Assembly: GCF_000299365.1 (NCBI RefSeq)
Contig: NC_018655.1
Coordinates: 1,170,001 to 1,202,000 of the forward strand
Length of the DNA: 32,000 bases
Direction of reading: 5' to 3'
From: Candidatus Nitrosopumilus koreensis AR1
GTDB taxonomy: Archaea; Thermoproteota; Nitrososphaeria; Nitrososphaerales; Nitrosopumilaceae
Shown here: one piece after another, positions 1 to 8,715 of the stretch
Layout of the letters: each line of letters starts with the position of its first letter
Numbering within the stretch: position 1 is the stretch's first letter
The notes under the pieces: model-generated
Told to the model about the DNA's origin: nothing
The model's input: only the letters and a program-made list of their open reading frames with translations
The model's database searches: none
Translations under genes and position numbers: made by a program

Positions 1-2
1 AT

Positions 3-269
3 GAAGACAAGATTTCTCTGAGTCTTTTTGAGTATAGAGGAGATGGAGGAATAAGAACAACACTTGCAAATCCAAAATTTGATGCAAACTCTAGATTTTT
101 GATCGAAACAGGTCCCAACACAAACACATTTGAAGTAAAAATTAAGATCCCAAGAGAGATAGATGGGAAGATAATTCACATAGGAGACAAGTATGAGATT
201 AGATACATCGATAGAAGTACACCATCTGGAACAGAAGAGAAAATAATTTTCAAAGGAAGGATTGGATAG
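3..269 (+). CDS. C-terminal end of an unidentified protein (5' end lies outside the window)
   Basis: Frame 3 is open from the window edge to TAG 267-269 (...DKYEIRYIDRSTPSGTEEKIIFKGRIG*). It is absent from the ORF track because no start lies in the window. No motif recognised. Confidence 0.35.
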   Translation, partial: EDKISLSLFEYRGDGGIRTTLANPKFDANSRFLIETGPNTNTFEVKIKIPREIDGKIIHIGDKYEIRYIDRSTPSGTEEKIIFKGRIG

Positions 270-334
270 ATGGATCAGTTTTGTCAAAGTTCAGTATAAC
301 CTAAAGATTTTATTCAAACCAACAAACTATTGTT

Positions 335-1170
335 GTGCTCAATACCGTATACAAAGATGCAATAATCAACAGGGACAAGATGTTATCTATTCTCAAAGGT
401 CCAAAATTTGAGCAGATTTTACAAAAAGCAAGAGAAAATTGGGTGGAATTTACGCCTGTGAAAGAAGAAGCAGTTACAGCAGGAATTGATTCTAGTTTTA
501 ACAATACAAAATTTCAAGGGATTGAGCTTTGGGCAACTACAGCAGTTTCCATTAAAGCAGATGGAGAAATATTAGTAGATTTACATGAGTCAGGATTAGG
601 ATCAGATACTGATCTTTCAAGAATTGCAAGTAAAATGGAAATTGATGCCTGTGAAAAAACCATAGATCAGGTTGATTTGGTATTGATGGATGGTTCTTTG
701 CATTCCCAGTTTATGACCAGACAATCAGCTTTAGATGCACAAGTTGTCAGAACAATGAAAAAAAAGACAATGTAATTTTTATTGCAAAAACATCAAACAC
801 AAAAAAACAATTTGAAAAATTAGGTTCGCTTGCAGGAGATATTTTTTATTATAATCATGTTACAAAAGGTCCAGGATTCAGTAAGTTATTTGTAGAAAAA
901 AAATATGGAACTGACAAAATCATATCATCAACATTTGTAAGATTAAGTGATTCTACACCAATTATCAAGTTAGAATTTCTTGGAGAACAGCATGATGAAA
1001 AAGAGATAAAATTAGTCATAAACAAACTATACAAAACAAGTATTGGAGGATATCCATACGCATTAAAACTTGCACATAATAACTGTAAAATATCTGATAA
1101 AGAGCTTGCAAAGATGGTTAGTTTGTTAGGTCTAAGTAACGAGATTGGTTCACGTGAGGTACTGGGTTGA
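335..1170 (+). pseudogene. nurA: NurA-type 5'-3' nuclease gene with the reading frame broken once inside an A8 run (frameshifted gene, homopolymer assembly error, or slippage-dependent expression)
   Basis: Frame 2 from GTG 335 gives 146 codons with NurA-like acidic motifs (AGIDSS, LVLMDGSL) and stops at TAA 773-775. Frame 1 is open 676-1170, has no start codon of its own and continues the same protein (DNVIFIAKTSNTKKQFEKLG...IGGYPYALKLAHNNCKISDKE...SREVLG*). The stop TGA 1168-1170 overlaps the herA start (GTTGA). Confidence 0.75.
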
Positions 1171-2699
1171 GTCTGGGTTTTGTTGTTGGTGAATCCAAAC
1201 CAACATTTGTTACTGCAATTACACAGAGAGCATTATCAGTTGGAGAATACATCAAAATATCTTCAGATGAAGGAGAGATTTTAGGATTAGTTGAAAAATC
1301 AGCAGTGTCTAGTGCTGCCTTTGCAGATGTTAAGAATTTTGATGAAGCATCAGAGAGCACAGAAATTGCAGAGATAAACAAGCGTGACAAAACATTTACT
1401 GCACATATTGGAATTTTGGGTTTTTTAGAAAACTTGAGGAAGGGTCAATCAATAATACCTGCAATACCACCAATCCCAGGCACTGAAATCACCCAACCAA
1501 GCAAGCAAGACCTAGAAGAGATTTTTAGTCCAAAAAATGAAGGATGGGTAAAGATTGGAAATCTTTTGAGAAATAAAACAATCGATGCGAAAGTAAACTT
1601 GGACAAAATTGTTTCAAGACATCTAGGAATTTTAGCGATGACAGGAATGGGGAAAAGTAATCTTGTATCACTAGTTACAAAACAGATTTCAAAACTAAAA
1701 GGCACCGTAATAATTTTTGATTATCATAATGATTACACGGCACTAAACATTCCACTAATCAATGTAATAGATGCAAAGATCAATCCAAGATTACTCGATG
1801 CAGACCAACTCTCAGAAGTTTTAGAAATTAGAGATGGTGCAAATGTTCAACAACGTGTTTTAAGAATGGCATTCACAAAACATGTCAAAGAATCAAAAGA
1901 GTTTTGGAGTAAATTAGAAAACGAGGTAGATTTTATTGTTAATTCAGAAGACAAAAAGCTAAAAGAGATCAGAACGTCAGCATATAGAGTTCAAGACATC
2001 ATAGAAGAAGCTCAACGTAGGTTTGAAGACATTTTAGATCCTGACATGGGTGATCCGATTAGTTTTATCAAAGAAGGACGTACCAACATCCTAAACATTT
2101 CAGAATTATCAGAAAAACAAGCAAATGTTGCAGTTGCATTTTACTTACAACAACTACTCAAAGATAGAAAAGATGCAAGTATTGCAAGACATGGTAAAAG
2201 TAAGAGAGAAAGAAGTTACAAATTCAATTCACCAATTTTTGTAATAATAGAAGAGGCACATGTTTTTATTCCAAAAGATCATGATACGAGTGCAAAATAC
2301 TGGGCCGCAAAAATTGCAAGGGAAGGAAGAAAATTTGGATTAGGATTAGGAATTGTATCTCAAAGACCTAGGAGTGTCGACCTTAATGTTCTCAGCCAGA
2401 TGGGTTCATTTGCAATAATGAAAATAATTCAAGAAGACGACCAACGCCAAATAGCCTCAGCAACAGAGTCAACTAGCCGTGAGTTGATTGCTCAACTGAC
2501 ATCACTAAATGTAGGTGATGCAGTCCTGGTTGGACAATGGACAAATTTACCATCACTTGTACATGTGGAGGAGGTCAAAGAGAAGATAATGGGAGCAGAT
2601 CAAAGTGCAGTCAATGCATGGGCCAATGCAGAAAAAATGAAAAAAGTTGCAGTAGAGTCAACACAGGGACTTGTTCAAAAAGATTTGTTATTAGACTGA
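1167..2699 (+). CDS. herA: HerA-type hexameric DNA translocase/helicase ATPase
   Basis: 510-aa ORF (TTG start) with Walker A (LAMTGMGKSNLV) and Walker B (PIFVIIEEAHVFIP) and an N-terminal barrel-like region. It sits between nurA and mre11 with overlapping stop/start codons. Confidence 0.9.
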   Translation: MSLGFVVGESKPTFVTAITQRALSVGEYIKISSDEGEILGLVEKSAVSSAAFADVKNFDEASESTEIAEINKRDKTFTAHIGILGFLENLRKGQSIIPAIPPIPGTEITQPSKQDLEEIFSPKNEGWVKIGNLLRNKTIDAKVNLDKIVSRHLGILAMTGMGKSNLVSLVTKQISKLKGTVIIFDYHNDYTALNIPLINVIDAKINPRLLDADQLSEVLEIRDGANVQQRVLRMAFTKHVKESKEFWSKLENEVDFIVNSEDKKLKEIRTSAYRVQDIIEEAQRRFEDILDPDMGDPISFIKEGRTNILNISELSEKQANVAVAFYLQQLLKDRKDASIARHGKSKRERSYKFNSPIFVIIEEAHVFIPKDHDTSAKYWAAKIAREGRKFGLGLGIVSQRPRSVDLNVLSQMGSFAIMKIIQEDDQRQIASATESTSRELIAQLTSLNVGDAVLVGQWTNLPSLVHVEEVKEKIMGADQSAVNAWANAEKMKKVAVESTQGLVQKDLLLD

Positions 2700-3841
2700 T
2701 GCAATTTTCACATATTTCAGACACACATTTAGGATTAGTACAGTACGGTTCAGAGGAACGTGCACAAGACGTCTACGATGTTTTCAATCAATCAATAGAT
2801 ACATCAATTAAAGACCACATGGATTTTGTGATTTTTGCAGGAGACATTTTCCACGTACCAAATCCTAATGGAACGGCAATTGTACAAATGGCAAATGGTC
2901 TTAAGCGATTAAAACAAAATAATATTGATTCCTTTTTCATTCTAGGGGAACACGATATTAGTAGAATTAGGACCACGCCAATTCCATATGTTTATCATAA
3001 TTTAGAATTCTCAAGATATATCGGCCAAGGAAAACCAATTGAATACAAAGGAATACTTCTTGCAGGATTTGATAAAATTAGAAAAGCAGAGATTTCACAA
3101 TATGAAGAAAAATTTGCCGAAGTTGATAAGATTGCAGAAAACTTTTCAGGTCACAAAATACTAGTTCTACATCAAGGAGTAACAGAGTTTAATAAATTTG
3201 CAGGAGAATTACAATCAACAGATCTTCCAAAAAATTTCACATATTATGCAATGGGACATCTTCATGATAAAGATATTAAAAAATTCAATCACCTTAATGG
3301 TCCAATTGCATATCCAGGTTCAATCGAATTGACAACCAGTGAAGGAATCAAAGAAACTAAAAAAGGGTTCTTTGAAGTAGATATTTCAGGAAAAGATGCA
3401 AAACTAGATTGGATAGAGCTGGATACCAGACCACAGTTTTCGTTTAAAGCACAATATCAAGAATTATCAAAAACAATAGATGAGATTTCTGAAAAAATAG
3501 CAGGATTTACAAAAAAACCCATTGTGGAGGTAAACATACAAGGTGAAAAAATAGAGACAGACCACATTCAGGCACAAATTGCAAGGTTAAATTCCATGGT
3601 TTTGAGGTGTTTGTGGAGAATCAGTACAAAGAAGATTTCAGATTCATCAGTATTTCTAGACAAGCCAAATGTAATTGATGAGGAGATGTTTAGACTATCA
3701 GTTGACGTATTAGGTTCAGAACAATATGCTAGTTTTGCAATCAAAGAGCTACTTCCAGTTTTATCATCAGGGGAAATTCAAGAAGCATCACAGATAATTA
3801 TTGAAAATTTTGAAAAATTCAAAAAGGAGAGAGAAAAATGA
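2699..3841 (+). CDS. mre11: Mre11 DNA double-strand-break repair nuclease (calcineurin-like phosphoesterase)
   Basis: Phosphoesterase motifs occur in order: HISDTHLG, VIFAGDIFH, GEHD, LVLHQGV, AMGHLHD. ATG 2699-2701 overlaps the herA stop (TGATG). The longer ORF-track start at 2537 is an out-of-frame read-through of the herA 3' end. Confidence 0.9.
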   Translation: MQFSHISDTHLGLVQYGSEERAQDVYDVFNQSIDTSIKDHMDFVIFAGDIFHVPNPNGTAIVQMANGLKRLKQNNIDSFFILGEHDISRIRTTPIPYVYHNLEFSRYIGQGKPIEYKGILLAGFDKIRKAEISQYEEKFAEVDKIAENFSGHKILVLHQGVTEFNKFAGELQSTDLPKNFTYYAMGHLHDKDIKKFNHLNGPIAYPGSIELTTSEGIKETKKGFFEVDISGKDAKLDWIELDTRPQFSFKAQYQELSKTIDEISEKIAGFTKKPIVEVNIQGEKIETDHIQAQIARLNSMVLRCLWRISTKKISDSSVFLDKPNVIDEEMFRLSVDVLGSEQYASFAIKELLPVLSSGEIQEASQIIIENFEKFKKEREK

Positions 3842-5947
3842 TCACATCAATTGAATTAGGAGATTTCTTGGCGCATTCTGAAACAAAACTAGATTTTGAT
3901 AATGGAGTTACAGTTTTTGTAGGCCATAACGGTGCAGGAAAATCAAGCATAATAGATGCAATCACATTTGCATTATTTGGTCAGCATACAAGAAAATCAA
4001 ACAAAGGTCTAATCAAACGAAACGCAACACAGGGATTTGCCAAAATAAGCTTTTCAGTAAACGGAAGAATTTTTGAAGCTGTAAGAAAGATTGACAGTAA
4101 GGGGGCACTTTCTGCAAAATTCACAGAAATAGTTGACAATAAAAGAGTAGAGATAGCAGCAGGAGAAAGAAAGCAATTTGGCGAATCAATGACACAAGAG
4201 ATTGAAAAAGTAATAGGTCTTGATTTTGAAAAACTAAAAGTAGCATCAATTGTTCAACAAGGAGAACTTAATGCAATAATCAATGCAAAACCAAAAGAAT
4301 TCAAGGAGTTGTTAAATGCAATAATAGGAATCGACAAGCTTGATGTAGCTTCAGAATCTATGAAGATAGTAAACAAAGAATTTCGTGAAAATATTAAAAG
4401 AAAAATAGGGTATGATGACACACACATAGAAATTTTATCAAGAGACTTGGAAATGTATCAAAAAGAGATCAAAGAGTCAGAACCACAAAAAAATCAGTTA
4501 CAATCAAAACAAGAGACATTACAAAATGAAGTCAAAAATTTAAGAGAGGAAGTGGAGGCAGAAGCCCCAAAAATTGACAAAATCAACCAACTGGAATTAC
4601 GAAAAAAAGAATTAATCGAATATGCAAAAGGTGCAATTCATGAAATTCAACATGAAATTAGTGAAAATGAGCGTAAAATACACGATTGTGAGGCATGTTT
4701 TGAGCCTGCAAGCCTAAAAGGAGATTTAGAATCAAAAATTCAAAAAATAGAGCAAGCAGTAGAAGAGACTTTAAAAAAAGTTCAAGATATGAGGAACCAG
4801 ACCGCTTCTCTTAAAGAAAAACAAATTCTTGCATCAAAACTTCAGTTAAAAGACAACAAATGCCCAGTTTGTGATTCCAGTGTAGAAAAATTAAAACCGA
4901 TATTCCAAGAAGACCATCTAAAACAAGAATTAATGTCATTAGAAGAGCAGATTATTAGAAAAGAAGAAGAACATCAAATGTACAATCAAAAAAGAAAAGA
5001 GTTTTCTGAAAAATTACAAGCTGCAAGAGATGCAGAAGCCACGCTTAGAGCACATTCCATAACTTCAAAAGACCAACTAGAAAAAATTCAAGAGAATGTA
5101 AGAATCAAAAGACAAAATATCCAAAAAATTCCAGTGGTGAACAGCGGGAATTTGATTGAAATCTCACAGATTGATTCTCATGCAAAAACAATTTTTGAGA
5201 ACATATCAAAATTAGAATCAGAGACCAATGGTTTTGATGAGCAAGAATTTTTGAATCTAAAAAAATTAGTTAATCAAAAACAGATGGAATTGTCAAGTGT
5301 TGATCAACAGATAGGGGCAATACTAGAGAAAATATCAAAAGGAAAAGAACAAATTAGAATTATTGAAAACGCGATTTCTGAACTGCATGTTGTTAAAGAA
5401 TATGTAACAAATCTTGCTGAAATTCAAAATAATATTTTTAGTAGAGATGGTCCTGTTGCTACAAGTCTAAGATCATGGGCATTAAATGCAATTTCAGCCA
5501 AGGCATCAGAATATCTTGCATTACTTAATACAAAAATTCAAAGAATCCAATTGACAGAAAAAGCTAGAGATATTTCAATTAACAGAAAAAGCTAGAGATA
5601 TTTCAATTATTTGTAATTCAAAAACAGAAGAGTTAGATTTAGAGTCGTTGAGCGGAGGTGAAAAAGTCAGTGTTGCATTAGCCTTAAGATTAGGCATGGC
5701 AAGTCTCCTAGGAGCATCAAACCTTAACTTGATGATACTAGATGAACCTACAACACATCTTGATGCAGAAAGAAAAAAATCTCTAGTAGGAGTATTGTCT
5801 CAACTATCAAATATTTCAAATTCAGAAACGCCCATGCAATTTATCATAATTACGCATGATTCAGAGATTTTCGAGGATTCTACAGTTGAGCAAATTTACA
5901 AATTCGAGTCATCTGAACAAGGTAGCAAAGTGTCATTATTGAATTAG
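3838..5947 (+). pseudogene. rad50: Rad50 SMC-like ATPase gene, interrupted by a 28-bp tandem duplication that shifts the frame before the signature motif
   Basis: ATG 3838 overlaps the mre11 stop (ATGA). The ORF has Walker A GHNGAGKSS, a long Glu/Lys-rich coiled coil and the zinc hook CPVC (4861-4872). It ends at TAG 5593-5595 inside the second repeat copy. The frame-2 continuation (ORF track 5648-5947) carries the signature LSGGE, Walker B LMILDEP and ITHD. Deleting one 28-bp copy restores ...TEKARDISIICNSKTEELDLESLSGGEKV... Confidence 0.85.
5554..5609 (+). repeat. Perfect tandem duplication, 2 x 28 bp (acagaaaaagctagagatatttcaatta)
   Basis: 5554-5581 and 5582-5609 are identical by direct reading. 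The flanking bases differ (5553 g vs 5581 a; 5610 t vs 5582 a). 28 is not a multiple of 3. Confidence 0.95.
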
Positions 5948-5956
5948 TTTTAAGAA

Positions 5957-7222
5957 TTATTCTACGTGAACTATTCCAGTCATCCAAGGATGAACCATGC
6001 AGAAGTAATCATAAGTTCCAGGTTTTTCAAATGTGAATTCAAAAGTAGCACCAGACAGGAACAATCCAGAATCAAACATTCCAGTAGCACCTGCATTAAC
6101 ATTTCCGCTTGTCACAGTGTGTGCAGCAGAATCATCATTACTCCAAATGATTGTTGAATCAACTGGCACAGTTGCTTCATAAGGCAAATAGCATTCGTTA
6201 GTTTCATTGCATCCTGGAGCCCCAGACCCTTCAGGAATTGAAATAGTCAAAGATATTGGCAAATCAGACTGAGATTCAGGTAATTCTCTAGGTTCTGCAG
6301 TAGGTTCATCCATTAATTCCTCTGTTGGTTCAATTACAATCATTTCAGAGACTTCATTAACAATGACTTTACCAGTCATCCAAGGATGAACCATGCAGAA
6401 GTAATCATAAGTTCCAGGTTTTTCAAATGTGAATTCAAAAGTTTCACCTGCCATAAACAAACTTGAATCAAAGACTCCAGTTGCACCATCTTGTATATTG
6501 CCACTAGTTACTGTATGAGCAGCCGTGTCAACATTATTCCATTGAACAGCATCCCCAATGAAAATTGTAATTGTATGGGGCAAGTAACATTCGTTTGTCT
6601 CTTCACATCCAGGACCGCCAGAGCCTTGTGTAATTTCAACCACATGTTTTTGTGGTGGTGCAGGAACTGCAGAGGTCACCTCACCTAACACTAGAGTATC
6701 AGGTTCTTCAACAATTTTTGATTTAGGGGTGACTGTCAGCACATACTCACTGGTTATTGGAGTAGCAACATCTTTGCCATGCCCCAGACCAGTAACTAGA
6801 ATTTTGATTGTAACATCAGAATTGCCAAGCACACTTGTTTTGTGAACAGGGAATAATTCAATTGCATATCCATCATCGTCAACACTTGTATGTCTATGAG
6901 ATTCCTCATGGAGGATTTCATTCCCATCTTGGGTTGCAGATATTGTATAATAGACATGGTTTACAATTTGACCATCATCTCCGATAAATTCAGATTCAAT
7001 TTCTAAAATTTCACCTTCAACTGCAGAAATAGGCAAAAGTTGTGGATTTACAAGGATTTCAGTAACTTCAACTTCCATGCTGGGTGTGACAATGGGCATA
7101 TTATTCTCAACCACTCTTGGCTCAATAATTTCATCTGGAGACATTGCGATAAATCCAATTGATATTGCTGCCAATACTCCAACTGCAGTTATAATTCCAT
7201 AAGAAAAGTTCATCTCATCCAC
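5957..7222 (-). CDS. Membrane-anchored blue-copper protein with two plastocyanin/cupredoxin domains
   Basis: Type-1 Cu ligand pattern occurs twice (AAHTVTSG ... YDYFCMVHPWMTG). N-terminal hydrophobic anchor (GIITAVGVLAAISIGFIAM). The ORF-track start 7222 is GTG; ATG at 7213 (MNFSYG...) is more likely and lies 1 nt after the upstream HEAT gene stop. Confidence 0.85.
   Translation of the reverse strand: MDEMNFSYGIITAVGVLAAISIGFIAMSPDEIIEPRVVENNMPIVTPSMEVEVTEILVNPQLLPISAVEGEILEIESEFIGDDGQIVNHVYYTISATQDGNEILHEESHRHTSVDDDGYAIELFPVHKTSVLGNSDVTIKILVTGLGHGKDVATPITSEYVLTVTPKSKIVEEPDTLVLGEVTSAVPAPPQKHVVEITQGSGGPGCEETNECYLPHTITIFIGDAVQWNNVDTAAHTVTSGNIQDGATGVFDSSLFMAGETFEFTFEKPGTYDYFCMVHPWMTGKVIVNEVSEMIVIEPTEELMDEPTAEPRELPESQSDLPISLTISIPEGSGAPGCNETNECYLPYEATVPVDSTIIWSNDDSAAHTVTSGNVNAGATGMFDSGLFLSGATFEFTFEKPGTYDYFCMVHPWMTGIVHVE
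5976..6046 (-). repeat. Intragenic direct repeat, copy 1 (71 bp, 100% identical to 6372-6442)
   Basis: ccagtcatccaaggatgaaccatgcagaagtaatcataagttccaggtttttcaaatgtgaattcaaaagt was read at both positions. It encodes TFEFTFEKPGTYDYFCMVHPWMTG in both cupredoxin domains. Confidence 0.95.
6372..6442 (-). repeat. Intragenic direct repeat, copy 2 (71 bp)
   Basis: Identical to 5976-6046; the offset is 396 bp (in frame). Confidence 0.95.
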
Positions 7223-7703
7223 CTGTTAACTTTGCAAACTTTTCGTTCTTACTTAACTTTTCCATAAATTCAATATTAGATAGAGCTACAACTGCAGATT
7301 CAACAACTGGTTTGTCTGGATCGTTTAATGCTTTTTCCAGAGCATCTTTTGCATCTTTATTTCCAACAACACCTAATGCAATTGCGGCTTCATGTCGTAC
7401 AAACATACTTGGATCATTTAGAGTTGCATCAGTAAGTGGAGGAACAGAGCTAGAATAACACATTTGACCTAGAGAAAAGGCAGCTTCGTGTCTTACTAAT
7501 TCATTATCATCATTTTTTAAAACTTTGGCAATATAGTGAACTTTATCCTCTCCACCAAAATCAACTAAGATACAGGTAGCTCTTGTTCGAACCACATAAT
7601 CAGGATGATCCAAAAGATTTACAAAATATTCAGTATCTTTTTGCTCATATTTTTTTTCCATCTCAGCAAAAAGTGTTAATCGATCATCAGTAACTACTTG
7701 CAA
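7215..7703 (-). CDS. HEAT-repeat (PBS-lyase-type HEAT-like) protein
   Basis: 162 aa with repeated helical units of the type VRxxAAxALG (VVRTRATCILVDFG, VRHEAAFSLGQM, VRHEAAIALGVVG, VVESAVVALSNI). Directly upstream of the blue-copper gene on the same strand. Confidence 0.7.
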   Translation of the reverse strand: MQVVTDDRLTLFAEMEKKYEQKDTEYFVNLLDHPDYVVRTRATCILVDFGGEDKVHYIAKVLKNDDNELVRHEAAFSLGQMCYSSSVPPLTDATLNDPSMFVRHEAAIALGVVGNKDAKDALEKALNDPDKPVVESAVVALSNIEFMEKLSKNEKFAKLTGG

Positions 7704-7800
7704 TGTTTTTGGAGATTTTTGTGTCCTATATTTAGTTAATCAGAAGAAATTCAAAATTTCTGTAGGTATGTATTTAATGGAAAAAATATGATGGTGTTTC

Positions 7801-8466
7801 ATGAGCGCAGTAATTGGTGAAAAAGCACCAAATTTTGGAGTTTCAGAATGGGTTCAAGGTGCACCAACGAATTTTGATCAAGAAAAAGACCATATTGTTT
7901 TAGTTGAGGTATTTCAGGTAAATTGTCCGGGTTGTTTTATGCACGCATTGCCTGAGGCAATTGAGATCTACAACAAATACAAAGATGAAGGCGTAAGGGT
8001 AATTGGTATTGCTACTGCCTTTGAAGATTTTGATAAAAATACTTTAGACAATTTGAAAATGCTTGCAGAAACTGGAGAGATAGTTGGAGAAACCAAAAAG
8101 GCATTTCAGATGAGCGGACAACTTCAGGAAGGCAACAAGCTACCATACAAAATCCCATTCCCATTAGCAATGGATAATTTGGTAAAGACAACAGGGGAAA
8201 TAAGTCAAGAAAAAATTATGCAGTTTATCTACCCTCAGATTCCAGAGTTTGATTCACAACCAGAGGAATACAAAAAACAGATCATTCAAAGAGTCAAAGA
8301 TTACATGAAATCAAAAGAATATTCTGCTGAAACCTTTGAAAAGTTTGCACTTCAAGGAACACCATCAACCATCCTAGTTGATAGAAAAGGGATTCTCAGA
8401 GATGTTTCATTTGGACAAGTCGGACAAGCAGAATCAATGATTCAGAAATTACTCAATGAAGGTTAG
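7801..8466 (+). CDS. Thioredoxin-fold redoxin (TlpA/AhpC-TSA-like) with CPGC active site
   Basis: 221 aa. A hydrophobic strand is followed by CxxC (IVLVEVFQVNCPGCF), and the C-terminal part contains GTPSTILVDRKG, typical of thioredoxin-like folds. Confidence 0.7.
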   Translation: MSAVIGEKAPNFGVSEWVQGAPTNFDQEKDHIVLVEVFQVNCPGCFMHALPEAIEIYNKYKDEGVRVIGIATAFEDFDKNTLDNLKMLAETGEIVGETKKAFQMSGQLQEGNKLPYKIPFPLAMDNLVKTTGEISQEKIMQFIYPQIPEFDSQPEEYKKQIIQRVKDYMKSKEYSAETFEKFALQGTPSTILVDRKGILRDVSFGQVGQAESMIQKLLNEG

Positions 8467-8622
8467 ATCATACAAATAAAACAAGAGTGATCGATAGTGC
8501 TACAGCTACAACAAATCCTCCAATAAGAGCAATTTTTGAATTATCCACAAAATTTGGTTTTAGATTATGAATTTTAAGGATATTATCAAAAACATTAATT
8601 CAAATCAAAAGCATCATTGACT

Positions 8623-8715
8623 ATGGAAGGAGAACAGATCATTGTTCCATTGTTGATTGTGCTTGCGGTAGGGATTTTTGTAGGTACTAGAATCTGGATT
8701 ATGTTTAAAAAATAG
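8623..8715 (+). CDS. Possible 30-aa single-pass membrane micro-protein
   Basis: ATG 8623, MEGEQIIVPLLIVLAVGIFVGTRIWIMFKK*. Hydrophobic core with a basic tail. Below the ORF-track size cut-off; no other support. Confidence 0.2.
   Translation: MEGEQIIVPLLIVLAVGIFVGTRIWIMFKK

Noticed and set aside
2537-2698. 54-codon Cys-rich N-terminal extension of the mre11 ORF (MDKFTITCTCGGGQ...)
   Set aside because: It lies entirely inside the herA coding region in another frame. Mre11 motif I (HISDTHLG) follows immediately after ATG 2699, which overlaps the herA stop as in the other junctions of the operon.
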